Source: Octopus sinensis
Lineage: Eukaryota
Assembly (NCBI RefSeq): GCF_006345805.1
Contig: NC_043016.1
Coordinates: 30,876,001 to 30,940,000, forward strand
Reading direction: 5' to 3'
Length of the DNA stretch: 64,000 bases
Every line of letters starts with the position of its first letter. Positions within the stretch are counted from its first letter, which is position 1. The notes beneath the pieces are model-generated. The model was not told the DNA's origin. It worked only from the letters and a program-made list of their open reading frames with translations, and did no database searches. Positions 13,935-25,601 of the stretch are shown here, piece by piece. Made by a program: the position numbers and the translations under genes.

Positions 13935-15300
13935 TTGGGTTATTTGCTGTCTGGATTTTGTAAGAGCCATGGTTTTTTGTGTTGCTTACAAGATGGGTCT
14001 GAGTTGTCGTCATCAAAGGAGGAGCTGGTAAGGGCGGTCATAAAGAAGGATGGAGTGTTGAAGACAAGGAGTTTTGCTAAAACCACGGAGGTGAAGCGAA
14101 GGGAGCTGGATTTGGCTGGTCTGAAAAAGTATGAGAAGATGGCTCAGAAGGTGATCGGTGACATGAAGTTGTCACTCCCCAAAGGAATTATGGAGAGGAT
14201 GGAGAAGAAAACGATCACCTATAAGGTACACTCATTGAAAGGTAAAAAAGGCAGAAGTGGAAAAGACGTTGAGGGAACGATCAAAGGAGATAATGTACAT
14301 AACCAAAGGAAGAAGATATGGGACAACAGTCATCCAATTTAGGACAGTAGAGGAGGTAAGGAGGCTGGCAAGTGTGGTGGTGAAAACAGAGGAAGCAGTG
14401 CTTCTGCCCACATACCTTGGAAGAAAGACTTCCAAGGTGAGGGTAGAAGCAATTCTACTGGATATAGAAGTGGCTTGAGTAGTGGCAGCTGTCCTTGGAA
14501 ACGAGCAGAATGTGGCTGTCGTCCAAGCCACAGAAATGGAAGAAGGAGGGTGGAAAGGAAAGACACTTAAACTCATTTTTCAGACAGAGGAGGGTCAACT
14601 GGAGAATGTGGCAGAATTGGGGGAAATCATGCTGAGGGTGTGGGCAGAGTACCACATTGTTTTAAATGTGACCACAAGGGCCACATTAGAGCACACTGCC
14701 CTCTACAGAGGACAATGGCTGAGGAAACAGTTGTGAAGATGGAAGAGAAAAGAGAGGAAGAAAAGACAGATGGAGGAAAAGGAGGAAGAATGGAAAGTTA
14801 CAGAAAGCAGAAGGAGAAAGAGAAAAAAAGAAAAAGCACTGAGTATGATGTGGTACCTCAGTCCAACTCCATCCCACCCAAAACCATTCAGACCCACCCT
14901 CCCCATACAGACACCAAACCTACCCATCCCATTTCCCCCGCAAGGAAAAAAGAACAGACACCACAAAATTTAGATGACCCGCTCCCACTCTCAGTGAAAA
15001 AGGTTACGAATGCATGGCGGAGAGAATGATGTCACTAAGTGATGAAGAAAGGGGTAAAAGGATTGGACTGAAAGAGAAAAAGGACTTAGGACCCAGAGGC
15101 GGCGAGTGGTGTTACTTAGTGTGGGATGAATAGCACACTCTTCATAATATCATTTTCAGATATCATTCATGTTATCATATTTTAATTTGTTTTTCATGTG
15201 TCATTCATTATATCATATTTTATTTTTATATTTTTAATTGTTATATGTCCCCACATGTGTTGTAGTGTCCCCCTCTGTGTAATGCCTTTATGGCAATTGA
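13935..15300 (+). mobile_element. Degraded gag/ORF1-like retroelement with CCHC zinc knuckle and no following ORF2
   Basis: Overlapping frameshifted ORFs 13926-15029 and the motif CFKCDHKGHIRAHC (CX2CX4HX4C), followed by a K/E-rich, P-rich tail and a T-rich 3' UTR. Confidence 0.75.
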
Positions 15301-15896
15301 AGCTTGTTTCCCAACCCCATGGTTCTGGGTTCAGCCCCACTACTATAGCCTCAGGCCAACCAAAGCCTTGTGAGTGGATTTGGTAGATGAAAACTGAAAG
15401 AAGCCCATCGTATATATATATGCATTTGTGTGCCTGTGTTTGTCCCAGCAAAAGACTCTTATAGAATAAGTACTAGGCTTACAAAGAATAAGTCTTGGTA
15501 TCACTTTGTTTGATCAATGGTAGTACTCCAGCTTGGCTGCAGTGAAATGACTGAAGCAAATAAATGAATAAAAGAATATATATACAATGTTATTATTATC
15601 TAGAAGTAATTAACTGCTGAATAAAACTATAAAACTAGATAAACATCTTTAATCTTCTTTATTATAAATTCATTATTTTCTCTCCTGGAAAAATGCAGTC
15701 TCCATAGAGACATATGGATTTACCAACGTGAAGATAGACTGAGATTAGTAAATCAAACTAACTGGAGTTTTTTATATACTCACAGAGATTTGCCGGCATT
15801 AATAACCAGTACTTGCAACTATGGTACCAACTTGGATTTTATATCCATACCAACCATAATTTGAAAACTTATCTTTATATGCATAGATATACTCTT

Positions 15897-16322
15897 TACT
15901 CTTTTAATCTTTTACTTGTTTCAGTCATTTGACTGTGGCCATGCTGGAGCACTGTCTTTTTTAGTCGAGCAAATCGACCCCAGGACTTATTCTTCGTAAG
16001 CCTAGTACTTACTCTATCAGTTTCTTTTGCCAAACTGCTATGTTACGGGGACATAAACACACCAGCATCGGTTGTCAAGCGATGTTGGGGGGAACAAACA
16101 CAGACACACAAACATATACACACACACATACATATATATATATATATGCACATATATACGACGGGCTTCTTTCAGTTTCTGTCTACCAAATCCACTTGCA
16201 AGGCTTTGGTTGGCCTGAGGTTATAGTAGAAGACACTTGCCCAAGGTGCCATGCAGTGGGACTGAACCTGGAACCATGTGGTTTGTAAGCAAGCTACTTG
16301 CCACACAGCCACTCCTGTGCCT
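15897..16322 (-). mobile_element. SINE family A, full length
   Basis: Complete head-to-tail match to the other family-A copies. Confidence 0.9.
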
Positions 16323-16700
16323 ATAAACTGATGAACTTGCTTATACAACTGGTGTGTCTTGGAGTTCTTGCAATGAATTTTGAGTGAGGGATCGCGAATG
16401 AAAAGAGATGCAGCAAAATTTGTGCCTTGCTTGCTCAAGGATGATCATAAGCAGTCATGACTGAATGCATGTCATGAACTGAAAGAACAGTTAGAAATTG
16501 ATTCAGACCTCTTTTTGAAGGTCATCACTGGTGACAAAAGCTGGTGCTATGAAATTTGCAGATGTGGAGGAAATGAAGAAAAAAGCAACAGAGGTGTTAA
16601 AGGGCATTACTTCACAAGAGTTCCAGCACTGCTTCAAACAGTGAAAACACCTCTGGACTGATTTAGAAGGTGATAGAAATGTAAACATGTAAAACTAAGT
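16322..16700 (+). mobile_element. Internally deleted mariner transposase remnant
   Basis: AAKFVPCLL…KVITGDKSWCY fused directly to FADVEEMKKKATEVLKGITSQEFQHCF…LEGD. Confidence 0.85.
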
Positions 16701-16944
16701 GGATAAAATAATACTGCAAAATTTCAGCATGAAACAGTCCTTGTACCTACTGGATCTTGTCAAACTGTCCAACAAATACCTGCATAGAACCTGGAGATTA
16801 AATGATGATGATGACGATATATATATTTTTTTACTCTGTCTGTCTCTCTGTATCCACCCCCACTCTCTCGCTCTATATATATATAGAAATTCGGACAGGT
16901 ATATACACGGTCTATATATATATATATATATATTTAGGCATTTG

Positions 16945-17314
16945 GTGACAATCCTCCAAGATCAGTCCACGAATTTTTATGCTGTTTTCATTCATTCAGG
17001 AGGTCAATGGCCGCCCTGAACGTGGTTGGTCTTCAAGCAACAAGGGAACATTCCTAAAGTGTGAGAACCACTTGTAAACTTGTGTTTTGCTGATGGCAGC
17101 ATCCTTATAAGCTGTTCAAAGCATGATAACTATTTCAGGGAGAAGCGTTTGCAAAACAAAGACGCGCCACGTGGCAGTATGTCTCCAGTGGATGCGAATG
17201 GTCAGCAGGTTGCATCAAGCGGCAACTGATGTCACAGGTTGCATCAAGTGGCTTCTAGCTGCAGAAGCCTGAACTACAATGGGCTTGTCCCACGAAGAGC
17301 ATTTTGGGTACCTC

Positions 17315-17320
<6 letters not shown>
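16945..17320 (-). mobile_element. Mariner 5' end and N-terminal HTH remnant
   Basis: Minus strand begins gaggaggtacccaaaa (TIR-like), followed by HTH and GRP-motif remnants. A partial duplicate lies at ~19035-19105. Confidence 0.65.
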
Positions 17321-17349
<29 letters not shown>

Positions 17350-17760
17350 TCTTTACTCTTTTACTTGTTTCAGTCATTTGACTGTGGCCATGCTGGAGCA
17401 CCGCCTTTAGTCGAGCAAATCAACCCCGGGACTTATTCTTTGTAAGCCCAGTACTTATTCTATCGGTCTCTTTTTGCTGAACCGCTAAGTGACGGGGACG
17501 TAAACACACCAGCATCGGTTGTCAAGCAATGCTAGGGGGACAAATACAGACACACAAACATATACACACACATACACATTTACATATATATATATATACA
17601 TATATACAACAGGCTTCTTTCAGTTTCCGTCTACCAAATCCACTCACAAGGCATTGGTCGGCCCGGGGCTATAGCAGAAGACACTTGCCCAAGATGCCAC
17701 GCAGTGGGGCTGAACCCGGAACCATGTGGTTGGTAAGCATGCTACTTACCACACAGCCAC
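17350..17760 (-). mobile_element. SINE family A, young full-length copy
   Basis: Near identical to 36150-36560. Confidence 0.9.
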
Positions 17761-17814
17761 ATATATAGATACACTTTTCTTTATATTTATTCATATTTGA
17801 TTATTTATAGCAGC

Positions 17815-17838
17815 AACAGCAGCAGCAGCAGCAGTAGC

Positions 17839-17869
<31 letters not shown>

Positions 17870-18040
17870 TACTTAATATTATTGTTATTTTTTGGGTTTG
17901 TTAGTATTTTATCATCATGGCCTGCCACTATTTATATCTGTGATTCACAACTAATTGATCAACTTACTTCATATATGTCTCCTCCTCCTCTTCTTCTTCT
18001 TCTTCTTCTTCTTCTTCTTCTTCTTCTTCTTCTTCTTCCC
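17815..18040. repeat. (CAG)n(TAG)n and (CTT)n microsatellites
   Basis: Direct inspection. Confidence 0.9.
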
Positions 18041-21000
18041 TTCCTTGCATTTAATATTATTGTTGCCTTGGTTTCACCCTTTCTATTTCATCATTTTTAT
18101 TCTTATTTTATATTTATTGTTTCCTCCCTATATAAGCAACATATCTCCAGACAATAATCCTATCCTTTTTCTTAATGGCATGTAAGTTTTGGAGAGTTTT
18201 TTTAAAACTTGAGATTATCTCATCATCATCATCATTGTTTAACATTCGCCCTCCCTGCTGGCATGGGTCGGACAGTTTGACAGGAACTGCCCAGGAAGAA
18301 GACTGCACCAGATTTCATTGTCTGTTTTGGTATAGTTTTTACAGCTGAATGCCTTTCCTAACACCAACCACTCTGCAGAGTGTACACAGTACTTCTTACA
18401 TGGCACCAGCACAGGTGAGGCCAGTTTTGGCATGATCTTTAAGGAGCAAGTCATGATTGCCATTTGATAATTATAAAACACCCACTGAAAGCTGAGATGA
18501 TTTTGATAAATCAAGAACTTTTGCTGTAAAGTATCTAATATGATTCCGGGTTCATTCCTACTGCCTAATACCTCGGGCAAGTGTCATCTACTATAGCCTT
18601 AGACTGACCAAAGTCTTGTGAGTGGATTTGGTAGGTGGTGGAAACTGAAAGCAGCCCATTGTATATGTATATACATATGTGTATGTATTTGTGCATCTGT
18701 ATCCCACCCCCCACTATTGCTTGACAACCAATGATGGTGTGCCTACATTCTTGTAACTTAGTGGTTCAGCAAAAGAGACCAGTAGAATAATTACTAGGCT
18801 TACAAAGAATAAGTCCAAAGAATAAGTCGACTAAAGTGGGTGCTCCAGCATGACCACAGTCATGACTGAAACAAGTAAAAGAGTATACCAATATTGGTGT
18901 GTATTTATATGTATGCGTGTGTGTGTGTGTGTACTAGGCTTCCAAAGAATAAGTCCTGGGGTCAATTTGCTCGACTAAAGGTAGTGCTCCTGCATGGCCA
19001 CAGTCAAATGACTGAAACAAGTAAAAGAGTAAATGTTTGGTGACAATCCTTCAAGATCAGTTCAAGAATGTTTATGCTGTTTTCATTCTTTCAGGAGGTC
19101 AATGGCCACCCTGAACGTTTGTGTGTGTGTGTGTATGTGTACACACACATTCATGCACACACACGCACATAGTATATGTGCATGTGTGAATTAATGGACA
19201 AGAAGTGGATGTAACTCAATTATTCTTTCCCTACCCACCTTATCCTTTTTCCGCATGTCATAATGAGCAAAGTATCATATAAATGGATTTTTTCCTGTCT
19301 GTATGTTCCGTTTCCTCTCAGTGATTCTTTGAAAAGTTGTTCACATTCCTTCAATTTCCTTTTCATCTTGACCGTTTTCCTCTCGTACAAAAAACTACTT
19401 ACATCTTCTTCCCTCTTTCTCTTTCTATCTTAACCAAATTATTTATCCATCAACATCATTCCATATTTCTTAATCCTTCCAATAAAAAAGGTCCTGCAAG
19501 CAATGTTAGACTTCTCTTCTATCACACACGATGAAATCTATTCCTCCGATAAACTCGTTGCACTAGTTTCTGCTCTAGCAGCATCACTAGTTTGCTTGCA
19601 TTCTGCTGTTTTGCTATAATTTAAATTTCTATATTCTTGAATTTACTTCAAATTTTGAACACTTTAACCATTGTTTAAATTTTAAGCAGCACTCAGAAAC
19701 AACAGGTTTCAATTCATTATGTGACTTTGATACAAAAAGGAATACAGTTCATTCATTCATCTAAATTTTGAACATTGCTAAGGCAGTGAGCTAGTAGAAT
19801 GCTTTGCAGTATTTCAACCATCTTAACCTTTTGATTTCAAATTCCACAAAGGTTGACTTCGCGTTTCATCCTTTGAGGATCAATCAAATATGTACTAGTC
19901 AAGTATTGGAGTTGATGTAATCAACTAGGATCCATCCCCAAAATTTCGAGCATTATGCCAAAAATTCGAAACCAATATTATTGTCAACAAGTATTGTTAA
20001 CAAAATGGATGAAAATAGGTCAGTGTCACCTATTTTCGTTTTTGTTTTTTTTTCTTTGAAAGCTGCAGATATCTCGAAAGAAAATTAAACCACAATGAAA
20101 AAGGTTCCATTTTAAGTAAGAACAAAATTTATTGCAGAAAATATCATTTAGATTTTATAAATAGTATGTAATTTAATTGAGCTCATTTTTTTGGTATCAT
20201 AAGAATTCCAGAATTTAGTTCAAGTGTCAGCATTATTAAACACTCATCTCAATTCTTTGGTCTGCCTTTCTTTTTTTAAAAAAAAAAAACAAAGCATTTT
20301 CTGACGAATCACAAAAAAAAAATTACTTATAAAAATATTCAGTTCTAAAATCTGATTAGAATTTGGAAACGGAGAGTAGGTTAATATCGTTAATTTGAAT
20401 TCGATGAGTCTAAAATATATTTTGTCTATGTTAGTAGATTTTTTACATCCTTAATAATTTGAAACAGAAACATCCTTCAATATATTCAGAAAAGGAAGTA
20501 ATAATTTCAAGATGAAAAAAAATTTATATGTACCCTTAATTATACAAAAAACAAGAGTAACCATCTAACCCTATATCCTATCTTCAAAATATATATTTAC
20601 ATTAAAAAATTTTGAAATTGTAGAAAAGAAGAAATTTTCTGTTCTGTATATTCTGACTCTAGTGTTCAAAACATACAAATTTCTATGCCCAGGAAAAGGG
20701 CATAATAAAAATATTAGAGAAAGCTTTTTAAAAAATCAATACTTAAAGAGATAAATAATGAAATTCTGGTGTTATTTTGTAAAACTATAAAATTATTGGA
20801 AATTTGTACAGAACCATGAAATACATAATTTCTTTTCAAATTGTATTTCTCAGAATATTTTGCTGGGGGTGTTGGAAATTCACAATAATTTAAAATGAAG
20901 TCTTAAATAAGTTCAACTTTGAAAACTATATACTTTGTTATAGACTTAGTCTGACTTGAGAGTGATTATCCATTTAAAGTACCACAAAAACAATGGTATA

Positions 21001-22240
21001 CAGATTTTCCATGAGAAAATATTGGTTTACTTCTCTTTGCCTTTCCATTGTGATTAAGTAATTGAAGGTGTGTTGAAAGTATGCAGCAAAAATTTAAACA
21101 ATCTTAAGTATAGAACAAAATCAAAAACATTATCTGTCTATAATATTATTTTGCTATTTGTTAAAGCATTGCAAACATTGGTGAAAATATTGGCAATGCT
21201 TTAAGAAATCTATTATTATACTGTACTGTATACTTATCTTTGTAAACATAAAAAGTACATGTAGCTAAGCTTCAATACATAGCCCCTATGGAAAGAATAC
21301 AATAGTTGTCCCACTAAGCAGTGGGTTATAAAAAATACATCAGCACTAAATATATCTTTATGCTGGCATGGATTGGATGATTTCACAGGAAGTAATGTAC
21401 TCAAAGACTGCATAGAGCATGTCTTCTTAGGCATGGTTTTTTTATGACTGGATGCCCTTCCTAATGCCAACCAATGTACAGCATGGACTGGGTGCTTTTT
21501 TTTTTATGCCACTTGTACTATTGAGGTTGTCACACAGTTCACAGGACTACATGCTCTAGGGTAGAGGAGAGCAGGTTCATGCTTAGGGGGAGAAACCCAG
21601 AGCAGGTTCCTGTAAAGGGGTTTCACTGGATGCTTATATGTAGTATGGGGGGGAAAAGTGGTTGGAGATAAGGGTGGAAAATAGTCTGTAGGAGCTGCAA
21701 GACATAAATAATGATGATAAGGTACCCATGTGATCCTACAAGCTGAGTAAAAATGGGTGGGTAGTTTGCAAGATTGTATGGGAGGGTGAAATATGGGATA
21801 GGGAAGCAGACTGCCAAAATGGCTAGGGTTGAAAGGTGGGGGAGACAAGACCTATGAACTGACAATAATAGAGGGATGCAGAGGAGTAGGGGGTGATGAG
21901 CAGCGAGAGTAATATAGATGATTCAGAGTCAGCTTCACGCACATGGAGTTGGGGATACTGTGAGAGAGGAGGTAGATGGATCTGCATGGTTACTCACATC
22001 TACTATAGGGGAAGACAAGGGAGAAGAGAAAATTTTCAGTAGGAGCTGCAAGACAGATAATGATGATGAGGTACCCACCTGGCCCACAGGCACAACTAGA
22101 GTAAAATTGGGTGAGGTGTAGTGGTTTGTAAGACTTACAGTCCATCAGTCTCATAACATATACATACACACACACACACAATGTATACATATAGATAAAT
22201 ATTTAGATATAAACATATACATACTAACACCCACACACAC

Positions 22241-22286
<46 letters not shown>

Positions 22287-22574
22287 ATATATAAATATAT
22301 ATATATTATAATAATATTAATTAGAGACAAAAACCACTATTTGCAAAACAACAAGGAAAGACTTAATCAATACATAAAATTTTATAAAAAGTAAAAAAAA
22401 ACGCCACTACAATTGTTTCACGTTTGACAAAAATAAGAAATGGAGAAATACATCCAAATCAAATATCAACTACCAGATAAATACCCAATCACATACTTAT
22501 TAAACTACCACATAAGAAACTTTAAGGTCAAACATAATAATATATGACAAAACAGTGTACATAAAGGAGTTGTA

Positions 22575-22709
22575 GAGAAAATAGAGGGAGAATGAAAAAA
22601 AACATGGTGAATTCAGTGGTCCAACACGGTGAATCTATATATATATAGTTCACCATGTTGGACCACTGAATTCACCATGTTTTTTTTTCATTCTCCTTCT
22701 ATTTTCTCT
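22575..22709. repeat. Near-perfect ~135-bp palindrome inside a (TA)n-flanked non-coding element (~22300-22850)
   Basis: gagaaaatag…catggtgaattcagtggtccaac…ctatatatatatag…gttggaccactgaattcaccatg…ctattttctc. Confidence 0.85.
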
Positions 22710-23054
22710 TATTCCTTCCTATTGAAGAGCATAGGCTCTAAACATAAAAGACTTTTCCATTCTTTCCTGAGTACCAAACTAATACACTTACTTGTTGTTC
22801 CTACGCCTGTCTTCATCATTGCTTTTCTATAAATTTGAAAATTTGAACTATACATACACACACACACAAATTATCTGTTGTGGTGTACAGATATTTTAAA
22901 TATTAAGTAAAAAGGAGAAAGTGTCAAAATTTTGGAATTATTCATTGGCACTTTAATCACATTCATTTCTGAGAATCATCAGAAATGATTTTTTATAGAA
23001 AATTCATGCCTTTTATATAACTCTGGAAGAGATGTTGTTTTGTCATTTATATGT

Positions 23055-23383
23055 TTGCGCATTTATATACATATATCACGTGATCATGTGACCGACCAGG
23101 CTATCAGATGTTACTACACATCGCTGGTCACAATGCGCTTTGCATTGTTTTAGCCTTCAAATGACGCCACCTTCCGGGTTAAGCGAGCAGGCCAACAGAA
23201 GAAAGAGTGAGAGAAAGTTGTGGTGAAAGAGTACAGCAGGGATCGCCACCACCCACTGCCGGAGCCTCGTGGAGATTTTAAGTGTTTTTGCTCAATAAAC
23301 AATCACAAAACCCGGTCTGGGAATCAAAACCACGATCCTACGACTGCAAGTCCACTGCCCTAACCACTGGGCCATTGCGCCTC

Positions 23384-23390
<7 letters not shown>
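23055..23390 (-). mobile_element. tRNA-derived SINE sharing a central domain with 7076-7380 but with a different 3' part
   Basis: Minus-strand head ggcgcaatggcccagtggttagggcag…gattcccagaccggg and shared ccacaactttctctcactctttc domain. Confidence 0.85.
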
Positions 23391-23414
<24 letters not shown>

Positions 23415-24235
23415 GCATGCAAACATATATGCATGTATGTATGTGCAAGCATGTATGTGTGGTGAATTTTTGAAGGCTTGGTTAGAGGGGGAAAAAAATA
23501 GAAAAAGGGAAAAGAGGAAAAAAGAAAGAGAAAGAAAGAAAGAGAAGGGATCTTTTTTGTCTGAGATGGATTATATTTTATTTTATGGTCGCCATTTCAA
23601 ATGTCAATCTTGTTTTAGTTATTGTTTTGAAGGCATTTCTGTCTCTTCCCCTCTCTCTCTCTCCTCCTCTCTCTTCCTCTGAGCATGCATGCATGTGTGT
23701 GATTTCCGGACAATGGACAGGCGTTAAAATAATAAAATAACAGCAATAAATGAGTGAAAAAAAATATATAGTGCATGTGTTTATTTGGCAAAAAAATAAA
23801 TAAATAAAATGACCATCCTGAAGTACAACAATATCTCTTTCAACACACAATTTCACATCAGGAATCTTGCAAAATGAATTGGTAAATGTATATATAAAAG
23901 AAAATTTAGAAAATGAAGATGTAGCATTAAGATGATTTATTATTTTCAAAAATCCAGCATATTCTCTTACAGCTGTTTCAATTTAGCCTAAAAGATTAAA
24001 TTACAGTCATTAAATCATTGTATAAGGCAAAATCTCATCAGAGGGGTAGAAAAGATATACCGTTATGTTATTAGATATTTTAGTTTCAAATCATTTCAGC
24101 AGACACTAATTGAATGTACATATACATATACATGTGTATTTTTTAAAATTTTATTTTATCTAGTTTCAGCTCACGAGCTGTGGCCATGCTGGGGCACCGC
24201 CATTTGTATGTATGTGTATATATATATGATATATG

Positions 24236-24429
24236 AGATATGGCTGGTCTATAGGATTACTCTGGGTTTCACTTCCATAAAGCGCTTAGCTTTACAGTGT
24301 TTCTTCAAACCCTAGGCCTATGGCTTCTCTAGCAACAGAGACCATAGGCCTAAGGTCTGAAGAAACACTGTAAAGCTAAGTGCTTTATGGATATGAAACC
24401 CAGTGCAACCCCATAGACAGGCCATATCT
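24236..24429. repeat. Long fold-back (~95-bp arms, 6-nt loop) with degenerate hammerhead-like motifs
   Basis: Arm 24236-24330 pairs with 24337-24429. The arms carry (C/T)TGAAGA…GAAAC. Confidence 0.8.
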
Positions 24430-24504
24430 ATTTTTATTGCTATACTTTATTGCTCTATAACTTACAGTATGCTTCTTTTTCAGATTTATAATTTTTACCA
24501 AGAA

Positions 24505-24800
24505 TATATATGAAGATAGTTGTGTGAAAAAGTGCCACACCCTAGCAGTTGAGGGAACCTGTGGAAGAGGTGGACCCAGGAAAACCTGGAACGAGGTGGT
24601 GAAGCACAACCTTTGAACTTTAGGTCTCACCGAGGAAATGACTAGAGACCGAGACCTATGGAAGTATGCTGTGCATGAGAAGATCTGGCAGGAGAAGTGA
24701 GACCATAACCCGTGGCCTCTACCTGGGATGTAGCTGGTCCACTTATGCATACCTTTCCTTCTTGGGACACAGAATTCTAGTTGTGAAGACCTGTTGAGGC
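24505..24800 (+). mobile_element. RTE LINE 3' end
   Basis: CVKKCHTLAVEGTCGRGGPRKTWNEVVKH…; near identical to 37040-37310. Confidence 0.85.
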
Positions 24801-24849
24801 AAGTGAGAATCAGAATCAGAATCAAAATCAAAATCGATCAACATCAATG

Positions 24850-25575
24850 GAAATTGTAGCTGTGATACCAGTGCTGGTGGCACGTAAGAGAACCATCCAA
24901 ACGTGGCCATTGCCAGCGCCGCCCCGACTGGCATCCGTGCCGGTGACACGTAAAAAGCACCATCCGATCGTGGCTGTTTGCCAGCCTCGTCTGGCACGTA
25001 AAAAGCACCCACTACACTCACGGAGTAGTTGGCGTTAGGAAGGGCATCCAGTCGTAGAAACATTGCCAGATCAGACTGGGCTTGGTGCAGCCTTCTGGCT
25101 TCCCAGACCCCAGTCAAACCGTCCAACCCATGCTAACATGGAAAGCGGACGCTAAACAATGATGAGATGATACATACATACATAAATATATATATACATA
25201 TATACGTTAACAAACACCATCCGATCGTGGCCGTTTGCCAGCCTCATCTGGCACCTGGTCGGTGGCCACTAAAAACACCATCCGAGCGTGGCCGTCTGCC
25301 AGCCTCGTCTGGCACCTGTGTCGGTGGCACATAAAAAAACACCATCCGAGCGTGGCCGTTTGCCAGCCTCGTCTGGCACCTGTGTCGGTGGCACATAAAA
25401 TCACCCACTACACTCTCGGAGTGGTTGGCGTTAGGAAGGGCATCCAGCTGTAGAAACACTGCCAGATCTGACTGGACTGGTGCAGCTTCGGGCTCCCCAG
25501 ACCCCAGTTGAACCGTCCAACCCATGCTAGCATGGAAGCGGACGTTAAATGATGATGATGATGATGATGATGATA
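24850..25575 (+). mobile_element. Two adjacent family-B SINE-like elements (GC-rich ~65-bp subrepeats, ggcgttaggaagggcatccag core, (GAT)n tail)
   Basis: Three tandem aaaacaccatccgagcgtggccgt…ggcac units at ~25210-25400. Relatives at ~26550, 27495, 38880, 45955, 50750 and 62320. Confidence 0.85.
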
Positions 25576-25601
25576 TATATATATATATATATATTATATA
25601 T

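Noticed and set aside
22720-22750. TTGAAGAGCATAGGCTCTAAAC as a hammerhead
   Set aside because: It lacks the first C and the G of GAAA, and stem II does not close in register.
25210-25400. Regularly spaced ~65-bp direct repeats resembling a CRISPR array
   Set aside because: They are contiguous subrepeats of a SINE-like element with no unique spacers, in eukaryotic DNA with no cas genes.
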